Source: Camelus dromedarius
Lineage: Eukaryota
DNA: 64,000 bases
Reading direction: 5' to 3'
Assembly: GCF_036321535.1 (NCBI RefSeq)
Contig: NC_087436.1
Span: forward strand, 11,532,001 to 11,596,000
The position numbers and the translations under genes are program-made. The notes under the pieces are model-generated. The model had not been told where the DNA came from and made no database searches. It saw only the letters and a list, made by a program, of their open reading frames with translations. Every line of letters begins with the position of its first letter. Position 1 is the stretch's first letter. Of the stretch, positions 1 to 13,144 are shown piece by piece.

Positions 1-39
1 CATTTATTGAATGGCCTACTCTGCACACTAAATATGCAT

Positions 40-651
40 TGTTGGGGTTCAGGACACACTACCCCCAAATATGGCACTTTGGTAAATTAAATATCTTAAG
101 CTCAAAGAGCTTGCGAAAATGGTAGAAGCAGGAAAGTCACTCTGAACCACTCCCTGCCTTCTGTCTTGAAAGAAAATAAATCTCCCATGTGAGACGTACC
201 CTCCCTGTACCAGGAGGGTGGAAGGCATCCTCACCACCAGAGACAGGGAATTTGGGGCTGGGAAGGCTGTGTAGATGAACTTGTCTGTTACTTCTTCCCC
301 ATTTTGCTATCCTAGGCCAAACTCCTTTTTCTTGTCAATTTTTAAAAAACAAATTTAGTTTTTCTTCGTCTAAAATATGTAAGAGCTTCCTGCTTTGTTC
401 ACTTCTATGAGTCTCATATCTTTGTGGAACTGATGTATCTACTATGTAATTAAATATGTCTTTCTCCATTTAAAAAAATTTTTATTTGTCTTTTTTTTTT
501 TTTAATGGAGGTGCGTGCTAAGCATATGCTCTGCCACTGAGCTACTTCCCACCCCTCTGTTTTTCTCCTGTTAATCTGCCTTTTTACTTACAGAGGGGTC
601 TCAGCCAAGAACCTAGAAGGGTAGAAGGAATATTCTTTTTCCTCTCCTACA
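40..651 (+). mobile_element. Solo LTR, ERV1 class, MER34/MER39-like
   Basis: Begins TGTTGGGG...ACCCCCAAATATGGCACTTTGG and ends GGGTAGAAGGAA...TTTTCCTCTCCTACA (TG...CA). Flanked by GCAT/GTAT, a 4-bp TSD with 1 mismatch. Family assigned from recalled consensus. Confidence 0.65.
479..555 (-). mobile_element. tRNA-derived SINE (Vic-1-like), internally deleted, nested in the LTR
   Basis: Reverse complement reads GGGGTGGGAAGTAGCTCAGTGGCAGAGCATATGCTTAGCACGCAC...CTCCATT plus an A-tail. Confidence 0.7.
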
Positions 652-830
652 GTATTCACTGTTTTCATATGTGCTATTTCATTTGACCCTTCCTTGTTTT
701 ATTTATTCCTCTTTATCATCATTTCCACACCTATTCTCCACCCCCTCCTCACAAACACATCTCTTTCTAATGGGCTTAAAGTATATCCTTATGTTTGCAT
801 GAACTTGTGTTTTGCATGCATGCATTTTTT

Positions 831-1430
831 TAATTGAAGTATAGTCAGTTTATAATGTGTCAATTTCTGGTGTATAGCACAATGAATGTTTCAGTCATAC
901 ACATACACACATATATTCATTTTCATATTCTTTTTCATTATAGGTTACTGCAAGACATTGTTTATAGTTCCCCCTACTATACAAAAGAAAATTTTTGTTT
1001 ATCTATTTTATATGTAGTAGTTAGTATCTGCAAATCTCAAACTCCCAGTTTATCCCTTCCCACCCCCTTGTTCCCCAGTAACCGTAAGATTATTTACTTT
1101 CTGTGAGTCTGTCTCTGTTTTGTAGATAAGTTCATTAGCTTCTTCTTCTCCTTCTCCTCCTTCTCCTCCTCCTTCACCTCCTCCTCGTCCTTCTTCTTCT
1201 TCTAAGATTCCACAGATGAGTGATATCATATGGTATTTTTCTTTCTCTTTCTGGCTTACTTCACTTAGAATGATGATCTCCAGGTTCATCCTTTTTGCTG
1301 CAAATGGCATTATTTTATTCTTTTTTATGGCTTAGTAGTATTCCATTGTAGAAATATACAATAGCTTCTTTATCCAGTCATCTGTTGATGGACATTTAGG
1401 TTATTTCCATGTCTTGGCTATGGCATATAA
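831..1430 (-). mobile_element. 5'-truncated L1 (3' UTR + ORF2 C-terminal end)
   Basis: ORF 1050..1310(-) gives MPFAAKRMNLEIIILSEVSQKEKEKYHMISLICGI, the L1 ORF2 C-terminus. TSD TGCATGCATG(C/T)ATTTTTT at 813-830 and 1431-1448. Confidence 0.9.
1139..1203. repeat. (TCT/TCC)n imperfect trinucleotide microsatellite inside the L1
   Basis: Read directly from the sequence. Confidence 0.85.
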
Positions 1431-2059
1431 TGCATGCATGTATTTTTTAATTTATATAACAGTATGTATACTATATCTCATTCTTTTTCTTGCTCTTTAT
1501 AGTCAGCAATGGTTGTTGGGATAATCCCTATTGCTTTTGTATCTCTGGTCTCTTCCTTCTCACTGCTTCACTTCATTGAAGGATCATAAAGATTGTGCCC
1601 ATTTCCAACTTTACTAAGAATGTGGCAAATTATCCTCCAGCATGGTGGTTGTATTTATTTGCATTACTTCACTTCTAACTTACTTCTACTTCAAGTTATG
1701 CATCCACCTCAGTTTGCTGAAATCTTCCCCCAGTGACAGATACTCACACGGCTTTCCAACAACCTCTACTGCCATCAGTTCTGCAATGAAAGTAGTTATA
1801 TATGCTCCCTCGGAGACCCACATGAGAGCGTCTTTGGGGTATATACTCCAAGAGGACGGAGACTGCTGGGCCACCAATTACACATGTACTAATCTAACTA
1901 AGCACTGCTAGATTGCTCTTCAGAATGTGTACGAACCTACCTCCCATCTACAGTGTGTAGTGAGTGCTTCATTAGCCCTCCAGCCTCTTCAGATCACCAT
2001 CCCCAGATCACTAGCAAGAAAGGAAACAGAATTTCTGTCTTGCTTTTTTATTTTCTTAA

Positions 2060-2510
2060 CTCTGTTTTTTAATCATCAAAATTTTAAATTATGATTAAAT
2101 ATAGTTTATCAGTTTTTTTTCTTTAATGGCTTGTGCTTTGACCTTGCCTAACCCAAGATCACAAAGATTTTCTCTTATTTTCTTCCAGAAATTTTAGCCT
2201 TTACATTAATTCAGGTTAACATTTGTTTGTGTGTATATGGTTCATTTTTTTCCCCCATACAGAAGGCCAATTGTTCCAGGAATGCTTGTGGAAAAGACAA
2301 TTCTTTCTCAGTTAATTGGCCTTGACAACTTTGTTGATAGTCACTTGGTCATATATGTGTGGTCTATTTCTAGACTTTCTATTCTATTCCATTAATTCAT
2401 ATCTATGTCTCTCCTTATTCCCATACCAAACTCTCTTGATTACTCTAGCATTATAGTAAGTCTTAAAATCAGGTAGTGTAAATCCTTGCCTTTGTTCTTG
2501 AAGCCATTAA
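2060..2510 (-). mobile_element. Old L1 (L1M-type) ORF2 fragment
   Basis: Diverged antisense L1 motifs such as CCTAACCCAAGATCACAAAGATTTTCTC and TATAGTAAGTCTTAAAATCAGGTAGTG. Boundaries approximate. Confidence 0.7.
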
Positions 2511-2554
2511 GCTTTTTTATTTGTTTCCTTTCTCATTAAATATATATGTATATT

Positions 2555-3260
2555 TATTTTTAATTGAAGTATAGTCAATTTACAATGTTGTTTTAGTTTC
2601 TGGTGTACAACATAGTGATTCAGTTATTCATTTCATTATGATTATTACAAGGTATTGAATATAGTTCCCTGTGCTATACAGTAGGATCTTGTTGTTTATC
2701 TGTTTTATAAATAGTAGTTGGTATCTGCAAATCCCTAACTCCCAATTTATCCCTTCCCACCTGGTAACCATAAATTTGTTTTCTATGTCTGTAAGTCTGC
2801 TTTTGTTTTGTAAATTAGTTCATTTTTTTACATTCTACATATAAGTGATAACATATGGCATTTTTGCTTCTCTGTCTGACTTACTTCCCTTAGTATGGTA
2901 ATCTCTAGGTCCATCCATGTTGCTGCAAATGGCATTGTTTCATTCTTCTTTATGGCTGAGTAGTATTCCATTCCTTCTATATCTTCTTTATCCATTCATC
3001 TGTTGATGGACATATAGGTTGCATCCATGTCTTGGCTATTGTAAATAGTGCTGCTATGGACATTGGGGTGCATGTATCTTTTTAAGTTAGAGTTTCCTCC
3101 AGCTATATGCCCAGGAGTGGGATTTCTGGATCATATGGCAATTATATTTTTTAGTTTTTTAAGGAATCTCTGTATGGTTTTCCATAACGACTACACCAAA
3201 CTACATTCCCACCAGCAGTGTAGGAGGGTTCCCTTTTCTCCACACCCTCTCCAATATTTA
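2555..3260 (-). mobile_element. 5'-truncated L1 (3' UTR + ORF2 end)
   Basis: TTAATTGAAGTATAGTCAATTTACAATG 3' end and antisense ORF2 C-terminal motifs. Confidence 0.85.
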
Positions 3261-3867
3261 TTGAAATCATTATGCTTTTATAAGTAAAAACTGATTACTA
3301 GGTAATCTGTGAAGCAGGCCCTCTTCCCTTTCTATGAGCCTCAAAACATCTCCATGCTTCTCCCTGTCACTGAGCCTCACTGGGTTCAGGGGGATTAGGT
3401 AGGACTGAGGGGAGGGATGATGGAGCTGATGCTGTTGGCTGACCCAGTTTGAACCACAGCCCTGATCTTCCCAGCCAACCTCCTCCAGGCAGGGTGTCCA
3501 TAGGACCCACTTCTGGCTAATGGGATATGATATTTCAGCATCACATCTGTTAAATATTGCCCTTATGGGAAAATCTTGGCAAGAAAGTGGTAATAGATCA
3601 GTCCAGACATCTTCATCCTTGGTGAATATTTATATTTTATAACATTTTCCCCCTCTTGGAGACTTGTTATCACAATAAATGCTCCAGCTATCCTTTATTA
3701 GATTCATTACCAGGAATCCTATCTCTCTTTTATGTTTAAATAATTGATTCCAGGTATATTGGTCAAGGACAGGTTGAGCCCTACATGATTATTATTATAC
3801 CACGACTATGACTAGTAGTGGACGTATTAGTAGTATAGTATGGACTGTTTATAAAAAAACAAACACT

Positions 3868-3871
<4 letters not shown>

Positions 3872-3901
<30 letters not shown>
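3872..3901. repeat. (GT)15 microsatellite
   Basis: Read directly from the sequence. Confidence 0.95.
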
Positions 3902-3903
<2 letters not shown>

Positions 3904-4549
3904 CAAAGCAGACCTGTAAGGCAGGTACCCAGCCCTAACAACTATTAGGTAATATGACCCTTCATAATGGTATTTCAAAAATTAAATCCAAGTTTCTCAA
4001 AGACGTATGGCTGAATCTACACTGATTGCAGGTGAGGGCAAACACAGAGGTAGAATTTTTCCTGTGTGAGAAGTGAAATCAGCACAACTGCACCCTACAG
4101 TGCTATAATTTCCAAATTAGTCTGTGTTCATGAGCATACCCTACTAAATTCAGAGTTAAGTATTAAACACAGGCTTGATTACATTTCCCTAAACGTTCCC
4201 TAGACTCTGACTGTGTAAAGTAACAGGACCCTTTAGACAACAGTAACAGTAGAAGGATAACCTGGGTCTTGACTGGTGACTCTCATGAGTTGATGTGGTC
4301 TGCCAGGGCTTGTGGGGAGGACCAGATGCCTCAGGACGGTTCTGAGGTCGGACGGCAGGGACTGTAGCCTTCCCAGGAACGGCATGGAGCCCGGCAAACA
4401 CGTCTGATGGTCCCACCCCCCTTTTACCTTTTGTACGTCCTTCCCACCCCTCCATCTGCTAACCTACCCACATTCAGCAGACTTGTCATTACCTTTGTCA
4501 TAATAGCAGTAAGACACAGAAAGCCAGCTGGATTTGTGCAGATGTGGGA

Positions 4550-4801
4550 TTTTTTTTTGTATATACATATTTTAATTGAAGTATAGTCAGTTTACAATGT
4601 TGTGTCAATTTCTGGTGTACAGCACAATGCTTCACTCATACACGAACATACATTCGTTTCCATATTCTTCTTCACAAGTTACACCATTGAATACAGTTCC
4701 CTGTGCTATACAGTATAAACTTGTTGTTTATCTGTTTTATACATATATTAGTATCTGCAAATCTTGAATTCCTAATTTATCCCTTCCCACCCTCTTCCCC
4801 C
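4550..4801 (-). mobile_element. Short L1 3' UTR fragment
   Basis: Same 3' UTR as the other young L1 copies. Degenerate TSD TGCA(G/A)ATGTG at 4537 and 4802. Confidence 0.8.
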
Positions 4802-5111
4802 TGCAAATGTGTTTTAAGTTTATATCTCCTAAAATAAAAAGCCCTTTGTTAGCACAGTTTTATAGATCAGGAAAATTAAACTATTGTTCAGTCTATGGTT
4901 GGTGATTGGGAACCTCATACGTGTCTCAGTCTGCGTTTGTCAAGACATTTCATGTGTTTTTTGTTCCTCTTTCAGTTTTTAACAGGGATCTTCAAAATTC
5001 CTAGGCTAGCCTTTGGAAAGAGGGAAAAAATGGAGTAAATATGGAGTAAAACATGGACTAAAAAACTTCCTGTCTGTGGTATCATTTCAATACATTTCCC
5101 TCATGTAATTC

Positions 5112-5810
5112 TTTTTTTTTAAATAATAGCTTTATTGAGATGTAATTTACATACAATGAAATTCAGTCTTTCAAAGTGTACCATCAGTTATCTTTAGTAT
5201 ATTCAGAGTTGTGCAACTGTCACCGCTATTTAATGTCAGAACATTTCATCACCCTAAAAAGAAACCTTGTTAATGGAATATAATCTGCAAAAACAAAAAG
5301 AAACCAAAAAAAAAAAAAGAAAACCAAAAAACCCTGAATCACTATGGTATATACCTAAAACCAATACAATATTGTAAATCAACTAAACTTCAATAAAAAT
5401 TATTTGACTAAAAAAAAAAAAGAAACCTTGTGCCAATAGTCATTCCCCATTCCCCTCTCCCACTAGTCCCTGTCAACCACTAATCTACCTTATGTTTCTA
5501 CAGAATTTCCTATTCTGAACATTTCATATAAATGGAATCATACAATCATACAATGGCTTTTTGTGACTGGATTCTTTCATTTATAACAATATATTTAAGA
5601 TTTTCATCCATGTTGTCACATGTATTATTACTTCATTCCTTTTCATTGCTGAATAATATGTCATTGTATGGATACCACATTTTGTTTATCAAGTCATCAG
5701 TTGGTGAACATTTAGGTTGTCTCCTGTTTTGGGCTATTATAATAATGCTATGAACATTTGTGTACACGTTTTTGTGTGGCCATATCTTGAATTCTCTTTG
5801 GTATATACCT
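5112..5810 (-). mobile_element. Old L1 (L1MB-like) 3' end, interrupted by a younger L1 tail
   Basis: Motifs AGCTTTATTGAGATGTAATTTACATAC, GTTGTGCAACTGTCACC and ATTTCATATAAATGGAATCATACAA. Confidence 0.75.
5271..5416 (+). mobile_element. Very short L1 3' end with A-tail
   Basis: Perfect 15-bp TSD AAAAAGAAACCTTGT at 5256-5270 and 5417-5431. L1 terminus ATTGTAAATCAACTAAACTTCAATAAA. Confidence 0.85.
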
Positions 5811-5984
5811 GTGACTTCAAAATTTTAATGTAATTAAACTATTGTTTAAGAAGATGTGATAGTAGTTTCATTTTATAACAGTGCAATATTTTTAATGAAT
5901 TGACTTTGAATTTACTACTCGAAGTAGGACCAAAACAATGATGGGACTGTTAAGATGTATTGCTTACAATCACATTGTAAAAGC

Positions 5985-8280
5985 AAAAATATCTTGAACA
6001 GAATCCAAGAGTATATTAAAAGACTGACACTGCATGACCAAGAAAGACTGATTCCAAGAAATGCAAATGCAGCTTATAGCTTTTTAAAAGACTATTAATA
6101 TAATTCACCATATATATATTAATAAGTCAAAGGAGAGAAACCATACGATTATCTTGATTGATGCCAAAAATGCATTTAATAAAATTTAACATCCATTTCC
6201 AATGAAATACTTATTAAGTAGAATTAGATGAATATTTTCTCAACTTATTAAATCAGGAATAAAAGAGAGGTGCTGTTGATGTATCAAGCCAAGGAATCAA
6301 ACAAGAGTTGGAATAGAAGCAGCAAAACTATCATTTTTGCAATAGATTTTAAATTATATATACAAAATTAATAGTTGCTTTATACTTTAAAAATACTTAG
6401 TTAGAAAATATATTGGCAGACAACACATCAATTTTGATAACAACAAAAATGTAAAGTACATTCTTATAAAACCTTAACAAGAAGTGCTATATGAAGAAAA
6501 TGATCAGACTTTATTGACTCCAAATACGATGTTTTAATCACTATGATGGATGTATCCATACATACTAACTTATATGATAAAGTTAGCATTTCAGAAAAAG
6601 TGGTAAAATAGAAGACCACTCAGTATGGTTTGGGACAGCAGATCAGCCATCTGGAAAAAACAAAACAGACCGAGATTTCAACTCCTTATGCACAAATACC
6701 TTCCAGATGGATCACAGATAGAAGTGTGACAGACGGACTGTTGGAAGTATCAGAAGGAAAATGGATAACTCTTTCTCCCTTCAGAACATGGCAGGCCCTT
6801 TTAAAACTATGTCATAAAAAAATCAGAAACCAAAAAAGGCTAAAATTAATAACTTTGACTTTTTAAAGTTTTGTGTTGCATATAGCCCAACAAAAAGCAA
6901 ACTGATAACTTATGCTATAAAGAAGAGAGAAAGACAGATGACAAATTGGGAAAATGTTTTGCAACATGATGCAAAACAAAAGGCTAAAAGTAAAAAAAAT
7001 TTATATATGATACATATGTAGGGGGAAAAACCAAAAGAAAGATGACAAAAGAAATGAATGGGAAATTTACAAAATGAAGAAATCTAAATGACCAATAACC
7101 ATATGAGATGTTTAACCTTATTAGGATCAAACTCTAGCCAAATAAAATATCAATGAAATTTCAGTTTTTGGTCTAATTGACAATTATTACAAGGTTAATA
7201 ACATTCAGAGGTGGAGATGATTTCAGGAAAGGGATACTTTTATGTCTTACTGGTGGGGATTTCTAGAGGATAGTTTGGCAATATGTCTAAAAGTCTCAAA
7301 AGAAATAAATGAATACGTGAGAACAAATATCACAGGAAGGATACACATTGTGGCTTTGTTTAAAATAGTAGAAATTCAACAGATGACTAGATAAAGAAGA
7401 TGTGGTATGGAATGGAATACTCCTCAGCCATAAGAAAGAATAAAATAATGCCATCTGCAGCAACATGGATGGACACAGAGATCATCACTCTAAGTGAAGT
7501 AAGCTAGAAAGAGAAAGAAAAATACCATATGATATCACTTATATGCGGAATCAAAAAAAAAAAAAAAAAAGACACGGACTTGTTTATAAAACAGAAACAG
7601 ACTCACAGACGTAAAAAACAAACTTATGGTTTCCGGAGGGGAAAGGGGGTGGGAACGGATAAACTGGGAGTTTGAGATTTGCAGATACTAACTACTGTAT
7701 ATAAAATAGATAAACAACAAGTTTATACTATATAGCACAGGAAATTGTATTCCATATCTTGGAGTAACCTATAATGAAAAAGAATATGAAAAGGAATGTA
7801 TGTATGTGTATGTATGACTGAAACATTATGCTGTACACCAGAAATTGATGCAACATTGTAAACTGACTATACTTTAACTAAAAAAATAAAATAAAACCAA
7901 AAAATAGCAGAAATTCAGAAACAGCCTAGATAATCAAGTAAATTATGGTATACCGATTCAGAAGAATCCACTGCCGCCTGTAAGACAAGAAAGAAGTTCT
8001 GTAACGATGGGTATGGAAGGGTGTCTAGGACAGATGACTGGAAAGAAGCATGTTTCAGAATAGTGTGCACTGTGTGATGTCATTTATGTAAGATTGTACG
8101 TGTCTACAAACGTGTAGATATGCACAGAGAAACATGTGGAGGGTGTTCACCACACTGTCAGATGCTTTCTCTGGGAGTCTGGATATATTTTTACTTTCTT
8201 CTTTGTAATCTTCAGTTATGTTAGAATTTTGTTCATATCGAGCATGCACTGTATTTTAAAAACAGTAAGCTAGTTTTCAT
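5985..8280 (+). mobile_element. Old, fragmented L1 (ORF2 RT region to 3' UTR)
   Basis: A-rich strand with degenerate ORF2 motifs (ATCTTGATTGATGCCAAAAATGCATTTAATAAAATT, AAATACCTTCCAGATGGATCACAGA). Boundaries approximate. Confidence 0.7.
7379..7900 (+). mobile_element. Young 5'-truncated L1 nested in the older L1
   Basis: TSD AAAATAG(T/C)AGAAATTCA at 7362-7378 and 7901-7917. ORF2 end, 3' UTR and A-tail present. Confidence 0.9.
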
Positions 8281-10647
8281 GTATTGACCCTAAGTGTAGC
8301 TCCTCTCAGCATGACAATGCATGTGTTAGCAGTCTGGCACAGGGAGCAGCGATCGTGTCAAGGGCATTTCTCCCTTGAAACACCCTCAGACTAAAGAGAA
8401 ATGTGAAAAAGCTTGGAAGGTAGAGGAGATACTGGGGGAGATCAAGTACTTTGGAAACGAGGTGGTCCGTATGGAGTCCGATAACTCCATACGCCCCTCA
8501 GTGTGACCTTCCAGAGTTCACCCCGCATCCCTTTAAAACAGTCTGCCACCAAAATATCACATTTATACTCAAAAGTGACATTCAATGGTCAAATTAAATC
8601 TCTTGAATTTGCATGTATTCTTGGGGTGTACTATCTAAAAACAATGTATCGCAAGGTCAGGAAAACCCTCACTGACTCTTAGGAAGGAAACTGACATTGG
8701 CAGTTAGAGGTCAAAACACAGCATCAGGGCAAGGCCAAATACACTGTTCACCATCGCGGAAACAAAGGCTGGTGATGGAGCTATCAAATGTATTTCAAGA
8801 GGGTATTATGTTCCAAAGGAAATGGGATAGATTTAGATATTGATTTAGAAATAGATTTGGTCTTCCTCTCTCTGACCTGAAGCTTTTCTGAACACCTGCA
8901 ACTATTAGGCAAGATCTCCATAATGTTAGAAGAAATAAATGTGTGCTTTATATTTCTTATAAATTTTCATGCATACTGATTTATGAGTGTATATATATAT
9001 AAATTATGCCAGCAGGAATCCTCCAAAGAAAATATCTTAAATAGGTTTCCTTGACACCATGTAGGTGCATCAAATTTTATATTCAATTACAATCTTGAGA
9101 AGTTTTAGGTCCTGCTGTCTTGAATCCTATTTCCAATTGCAGCACTGTTTCACTGTTCAGTTTGGACAAGCTCCTTTATTTCTTAGATTTGGTCAGCCCA
9201 ATTTTAAGGGAAATTATAAGAAAAGAAAGTGAGAGCCATACTCCACAGGGGGGCAGTAAGGGTTAATGAGATTATAAGATAACCTTTTTTTTTTTTAGGA
9301 AAAAAAGGGGAAAATGCTATGTGTTTGCTTTATGCATGCTGATAACTAAAAGGAAAAATACAGTCCCACAAATAAAAAGCATGTGTAAATTTTAATATTT
9401 TCACTGTTTTGAATTCATAGACAAATTTGACCTCTATGCCTTGCGAAAGAAGGTTAAAAAAACGACAAATAATCCTCAGCTTTAGCAACACCGGAGTCCC
9501 CAAGGTCAGAGAAATGCTAACAGAAGGCAAGCTTACCACATTGTTCCCATGTCACTCAGCCTTATCCATTAGTCACTAACTTCTGGCTCAGAAATTTTTT
9601 TCAGGAATGTGCATAAGCCAGTTTAGTATAAAAACTGAAGTGCAGAACCACATATTTTGGAAAAGGGATTGAAAATAGAAAACTCGTTTAGACTAATCAA
9701 ACAGCTCTCTAAATTCCGTTTAGCACGATTGGAAACACAAGGATTACCGTAGCCTGCTGGTTTTTGTTAGCTGCAAAATCTCAAGTCACTACTGTACGGT
9801 TCTAGTACCAACTGTAGAACCTCTTAGAAAGCTGAACAGCTTCCCCAGGGACCAATTAAGTGCCTATTTTATGGCCCAAGCTCTTGGTTTATTGCAATTC
9901 GGGATAACTACAACAACTAGTCTTTAGAATCCCTTTTTCAGTCTTGGCCGACTTACTAACCAAGCTCCAGGGAGCAGTGCAGGTGGACCAGTGATTCTCA
10001 GAGAGGCCATGTGGGAGGGTAGATGGTCAACCTCCTCACTCAGGACTAGCTGAGACTCTCCAGGTGTATGTAAGTGGGGAAGAATTCAATTATAATTTCA
10101 TATTTGGGGGGAAATACTCTGACTTTTGTAATAAAACTACAGAAGGTAAAACTCTGGAAAAATTAGGTGTATAGGTTAAAGAAGCTTGAGAAGCAGTAAT
10201 AAATACTGAAAATTATTATAAAAGAAGGAGGGTTAAAAAGAGCTTGTCATTTGGCTGGGATCTTAAGAACATTTTCTTGGTAAAAGAGGTGACAGAGGGA
10301 CAGGGGGGATCTTGCCAGTACCCGGTGTTCCAGTTTCCTCCCCTCCCACGCCTGTCTGTTCCTCAGCAAGCTGTGAATTTGGAAGGCGGGCTCTGTGACT
10401 TGATTAGCTTCATGAAAGGCAGAGTTCAGTTGAAATCGTGGGCAATGCCTTTGAGAAACGAGACAGAGAAATGTAACTCTTGCCAAGTGGCAGTTCCGAA
10501 AGGTTAAGGGTTTTGCTTGGGCCTGAAGGTGATTGGGGAAGTAAAGAGAGCAAAAAAAGGAGGAGGTGGGGAGAGAGACAGAGAGAGAGAGAAACCCGTA
10601 CACAAGCTCTAGAAGATGGGGGAGAGAAAATTAAGAAACGTTTTCTA

Positions 10648-10855
10648 GTAACTAGTATATATGAAATAGATAAACAACAATTTCTTCTGTAGAGCACAGG
10701 GAACTATATTCAATATCGTGTAGTAACATATAATGAAAAAGAATATGAAAATGAATATATGTATGTATATGTATCACTGAAACATTATACTGTACACCAG
10801 AAATTGATAGAGCATTGTAAACTGACTATATTTTCATTAAAAAAAAAAAGAAAAA
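10648..10855 (+). mobile_element. L1 3' UTR end with A-tail
   Basis: ATAGATAAACAACAA...AGCACAGGGAACTATATTCAATATC...ATTGTAAACTGACTATA followed by poly(A). Confidence 0.85.
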
Positions 10856-12583
10856 TGTACTTGAATTTTAAGTTTATGGAGAACAGGACCTCTAAGAATA
10901 AATCACCATACAATTAAGTGTATAGTAATAAATAAAAAATGCTGTTCACTACAATGTACAAGGAGTCAGTATTTTAAGGTAGCAAGTCTATTGCCCCCAA
11001 AACTAGAATTACAAATAGAAATCAAATATGTGTATTATTTGGGGGCAAATAGCAGAGCAGGAACACACATTTATTTGCTGCACAGTAACTACTCTGAACT
11101 GTTAGAGAAATACTTTCCCTGGAGAACAAACAGGACACTTCACCTCTATCCCATGGATGAAGGTTTATTTTATCAGTCATTTCTGGAAGAAGAACCCTTG
11201 TATCTTCTTGGGGTTTTCATGACCTTTCTTTGTAGCAAGTGTGGTTCACTTGGTCACTAGGCAAGGATGTCTGTCCAGGTTGACTTATCTGGATTAAAAT
11301 AAGCTTAGTTCAAAGTCATCAGTTGGTGGATAAAGTTCTTTATCACGATTACTCTGAATAAATGTCTGGAAATTCAAGTGAATCAAGGTCTGATTTTATG
11401 AAGTTCTTCTCAGGATCTACAAGTTTGTATTTTAAAGGTCCCCTGGAATATGGGCTAATTCCTACAAACCTTTCAAGGAGAGAAAGTTTGGACCTTTTTA
11501 ACAGACTGATCAAAAAATTATTCTTAATTTGTTATCATTTACATGCAAATAAATGCTGCCACAGAATTTCCAGAGTGAGGAAGGCTAATAGTTCCCTCTG
11601 GATTTTTTTTTTAATTAATGATTTACTTAGCAAGCACTTTCTTCAGAAAAAGTACAAAGGTCATGATCCTGCCACACTAGAATTATCCTAACCTTCTTGA
11701 ATGAGATTGATTTAATGAGCTATTACTGGTGTCCTTATTATCACTTTTCTCACACAAGAATGGTAACTGTGTCATGTGAGGAAAACAGTCCAGATGGCAG
11801 TTCCTTAGTGTTTGATTTTAGCTTTCCTAGAACATTCCTTACAATATTAAACAAGATTTGGGAAACTTTTGTGGGTTTCTTTAGCTAATAAGTACTTATC
11901 TGGATCTTTTTCCACAGAAGCAATGTGTTGGGAAATGGTGTAGACAAAGATAAGGATTCAGAACATTCTTTGAAAGTGACTGTGAGAAGGAAGAAGACTC
12001 TAGAAGGTGGGAGGGGACAGGACCAGGGGCAGCTCCCCCAGAAGCCTGCAAGCTGAGAGTCAGTGTCACGGGGCCCTGACAGTGGCTCGTGTCTGCACCA
12101 TCCTTGTGGCAGTGCTGACAAATAGATTTACGTAAGCTGTGGTGATTTCACTAGTAACTTAAAGAGGATAAAGGGAGGAAATGGAGGAAGGCAAAAAGTG
12201 GTATGAAAGGGAAGGTGAGTGGGAAGGAACTTGATCAAGATCCAGGCAAATATTAGCCAAAGTTCAACTGGACTCTAAATGGCATGCTGGGGGAAGAGCG
12301 GAGCTGGGGGAAGCTTCCAGACCCTCCAAGCCTCTTTTTTAGAGAGGAAGATACTGAATGAATCTCAGGAAGACGGAGTCACAAGCTCACAACACAGAGA
12401 AGCAGATCCTTATCTCTCTATCCACATCTCTGCCATGGAAACCCTACCCATCTTTCAAGGCTCGATTCAAAAGCCATTCCTCTTGTTACCCCTTCCTAGT
12501 TTTTCTTAACTTAAATTTGTCCCTTTCACCTCTGAATTTCCACAGATTCCTGAATTCTGTCTGAATTTAAAAGAGCAACAGTT

Positions 12584-13144
12584 ATTTTGTTTTACTTATT
12601 TTTTATTGAAGTATAGTCAGTTCACAACATTGTGTCAATATCTGATGTACAGCATAATAGTTCAGTCAAACATGTACACACATATATTCATTTTCATATT
12701 GTTTTTCATTGTAGATTACTACAAAATATTGAATATGATTCCCTGTGCTATATAGAAGAAATGCCTTTTTATATAGTTTTATATATTTTACAATATCTGC
12801 AAATCTTGAATTTTCAATTTATCCCTTCCCACCCTCTCTCCCCTCTCATCACCGTAAGTTTGTTTATTATGTCTGTGAGTCTGTTTCTGTTTTATAGATA
12901 AGTTCATCAATTTATAGATAAGTTCTTTTTTCTTTTTCTTTAGATTTCACATATGAGTGATATCATATGGTATTTTTCTTTCTCTTTCTGGCTTAACTTA
13001 GAAAGACGATCTCCAGGTCCATCCATGTTGCTGCAAATGACATTACTTTATTCTTTTTTCATGGCTGAGTAGTATTCCACTTAAAAATATACCACAGCTT
13101 TTTTATCCAGTCTTTTGTTGATGTACATTTAGGCTGTTTCCATG
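12584..13144 (-). mobile_element. 5'-truncated L1
   Basis: Perfect 14-bp TSD AAAGAGCAACAGTT at 12570-12583 and 13145-13158. L1 3' UTR and ORF2 end. Confidence 0.9.

Noticed and set aside
1050..1310. ORF with an acidic Glu/Gly-rich run
   Set aside because: L1 ORF2 C-terminus reading into a (TCC/TCT)n microsatellite
5028..5062. Three short ATGGAGTAAA-like direct repeats
   Set aside because: A tiny degenerate minisatellite with no spacers, not a CRISPR-like or regulatory array
8468..8493. Perfect 10-bp hairpin CGTATGGAGT-CCGATA-ACTCCATACG
   Set aside because: About one such stem is expected by chance in 64 kb. It is too short for a pre-miRNA and has no supporting context.
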